From contig JANRJA010000193.1 in assembly GCA_033764315.1 (NCBI GenBank), positions 32,001 through 96,000 of the forward strand: a stretch of 64,000 nucleotides of DNA. Direction: 5' to 3'. The first letter of the stretch is position 1. Every line of letters starts with the position of its first letter. This DNA comes from Oculatellaceae cyanobacterium bins.114. GTDB lineage: Bacteria; Cyanobacteriota; Cyanobacteriia; Elainellales; Elainellaceae. Position numbers and translations under genes: made by a program. Below the pieces are notes generated by a model. The model was not told the origin of the DNA. It saw nothing but the letters and a program-made list of their open reading frames with translations, and did no database searches. Below, one piece after another: positions 63,707-64,000 of the stretch.

Positions 63707-64000
63707 ATGACTTCTCTTTATCCCCGCGACATGATTGGCTATGGACAACACCCCCCCGACCCCCAGTGGGAGGGACAAGCCCGCGTTGCCGTGCAATTTG
63801 TGATCAACTATGAGGAAGGGGGCGAAACCTGCGTTTTGCACGGTGATCAAAGCTCTGAAGTATTTTTGTCAGAGATCGTGGGAGCCGTGCCCCTTCAGGG
63901 CTTGCGGCACATGAATATGGAGTCTTGCTATGAATATGGCAGTCGTGCTGGGTTTTGGCGGTTACATCGGCTGTTTACGGAGCGGGACATTCCAGTCACG
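63707..64000 (+). CDS. puuE: Allantoinase PuuE, polysaccharide deacetylase fold (partial)
   Basis: Manual translation MTSLYPRDMIGYGQHPPDPQWEGQARVAVQFVINYEEGGETCVLHGDQSSEVFLSEIVGA...MESCYEYGSRAGFWRLHRLF. Confidence 0.9.
   Translation, partial: MTSLYPRDMIGYGQHPPDPQWEGQARVAVQFVINYEEGGETCVLHGDQSSEVFLSEIVGAVPLQGLRHMNMESCYEYGSRAGFWRLHRLFTERDIPVT

Overview
Cyanobacterial chromosome segment, identified by abundant HIP1 GCGATCGC, form IB Rubisco and ndhL/ndhN; a filamentous Leptolyngbya/Oculatella-like lineage is only my guess. Positions 1-19.8 kb hold the minus-strand ribosomal superoperon (rplC to rplQ, then truA, rplM, rpsI, rpmE, prfA), followed by an sbcD-like nuclease and a kinase/P-loop gene. 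Positions 20-57 kb are mostly core genes: ndhN, ldpA, ycf45-like ATPase, murG, ndhL, trpA, two DUF928 genes with a CHASE2 cyclase, a ClC-CBS-USP channel, nrrA with a canonical NtcA promoter, grxD-bolA, a subtilase, rbcL-rbcX-rbcS-rca, MFS, LysR, CPBP protease, PL14-like lyase and an SLH protein. Many intergenic spacers carry small palindromic MITE/REP-like elements. The most notable region is 58.5-61.7 kb, an integrase-less integron-type cassette array (CALIN-like). It has two attC-like sites, two orphan cassette genes and a toxin-antitoxin cassette with a decayed PemK toxin cut off by an IS630 element. Upstream of the array lies an unusual palindromic element full of GTTRRRY/RYYYAAC core boxes that may act as a landing site. 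The window ends in a purine/allantoin catabolism cluster. I recognised no rRNA, tRNA or CRISPR array.
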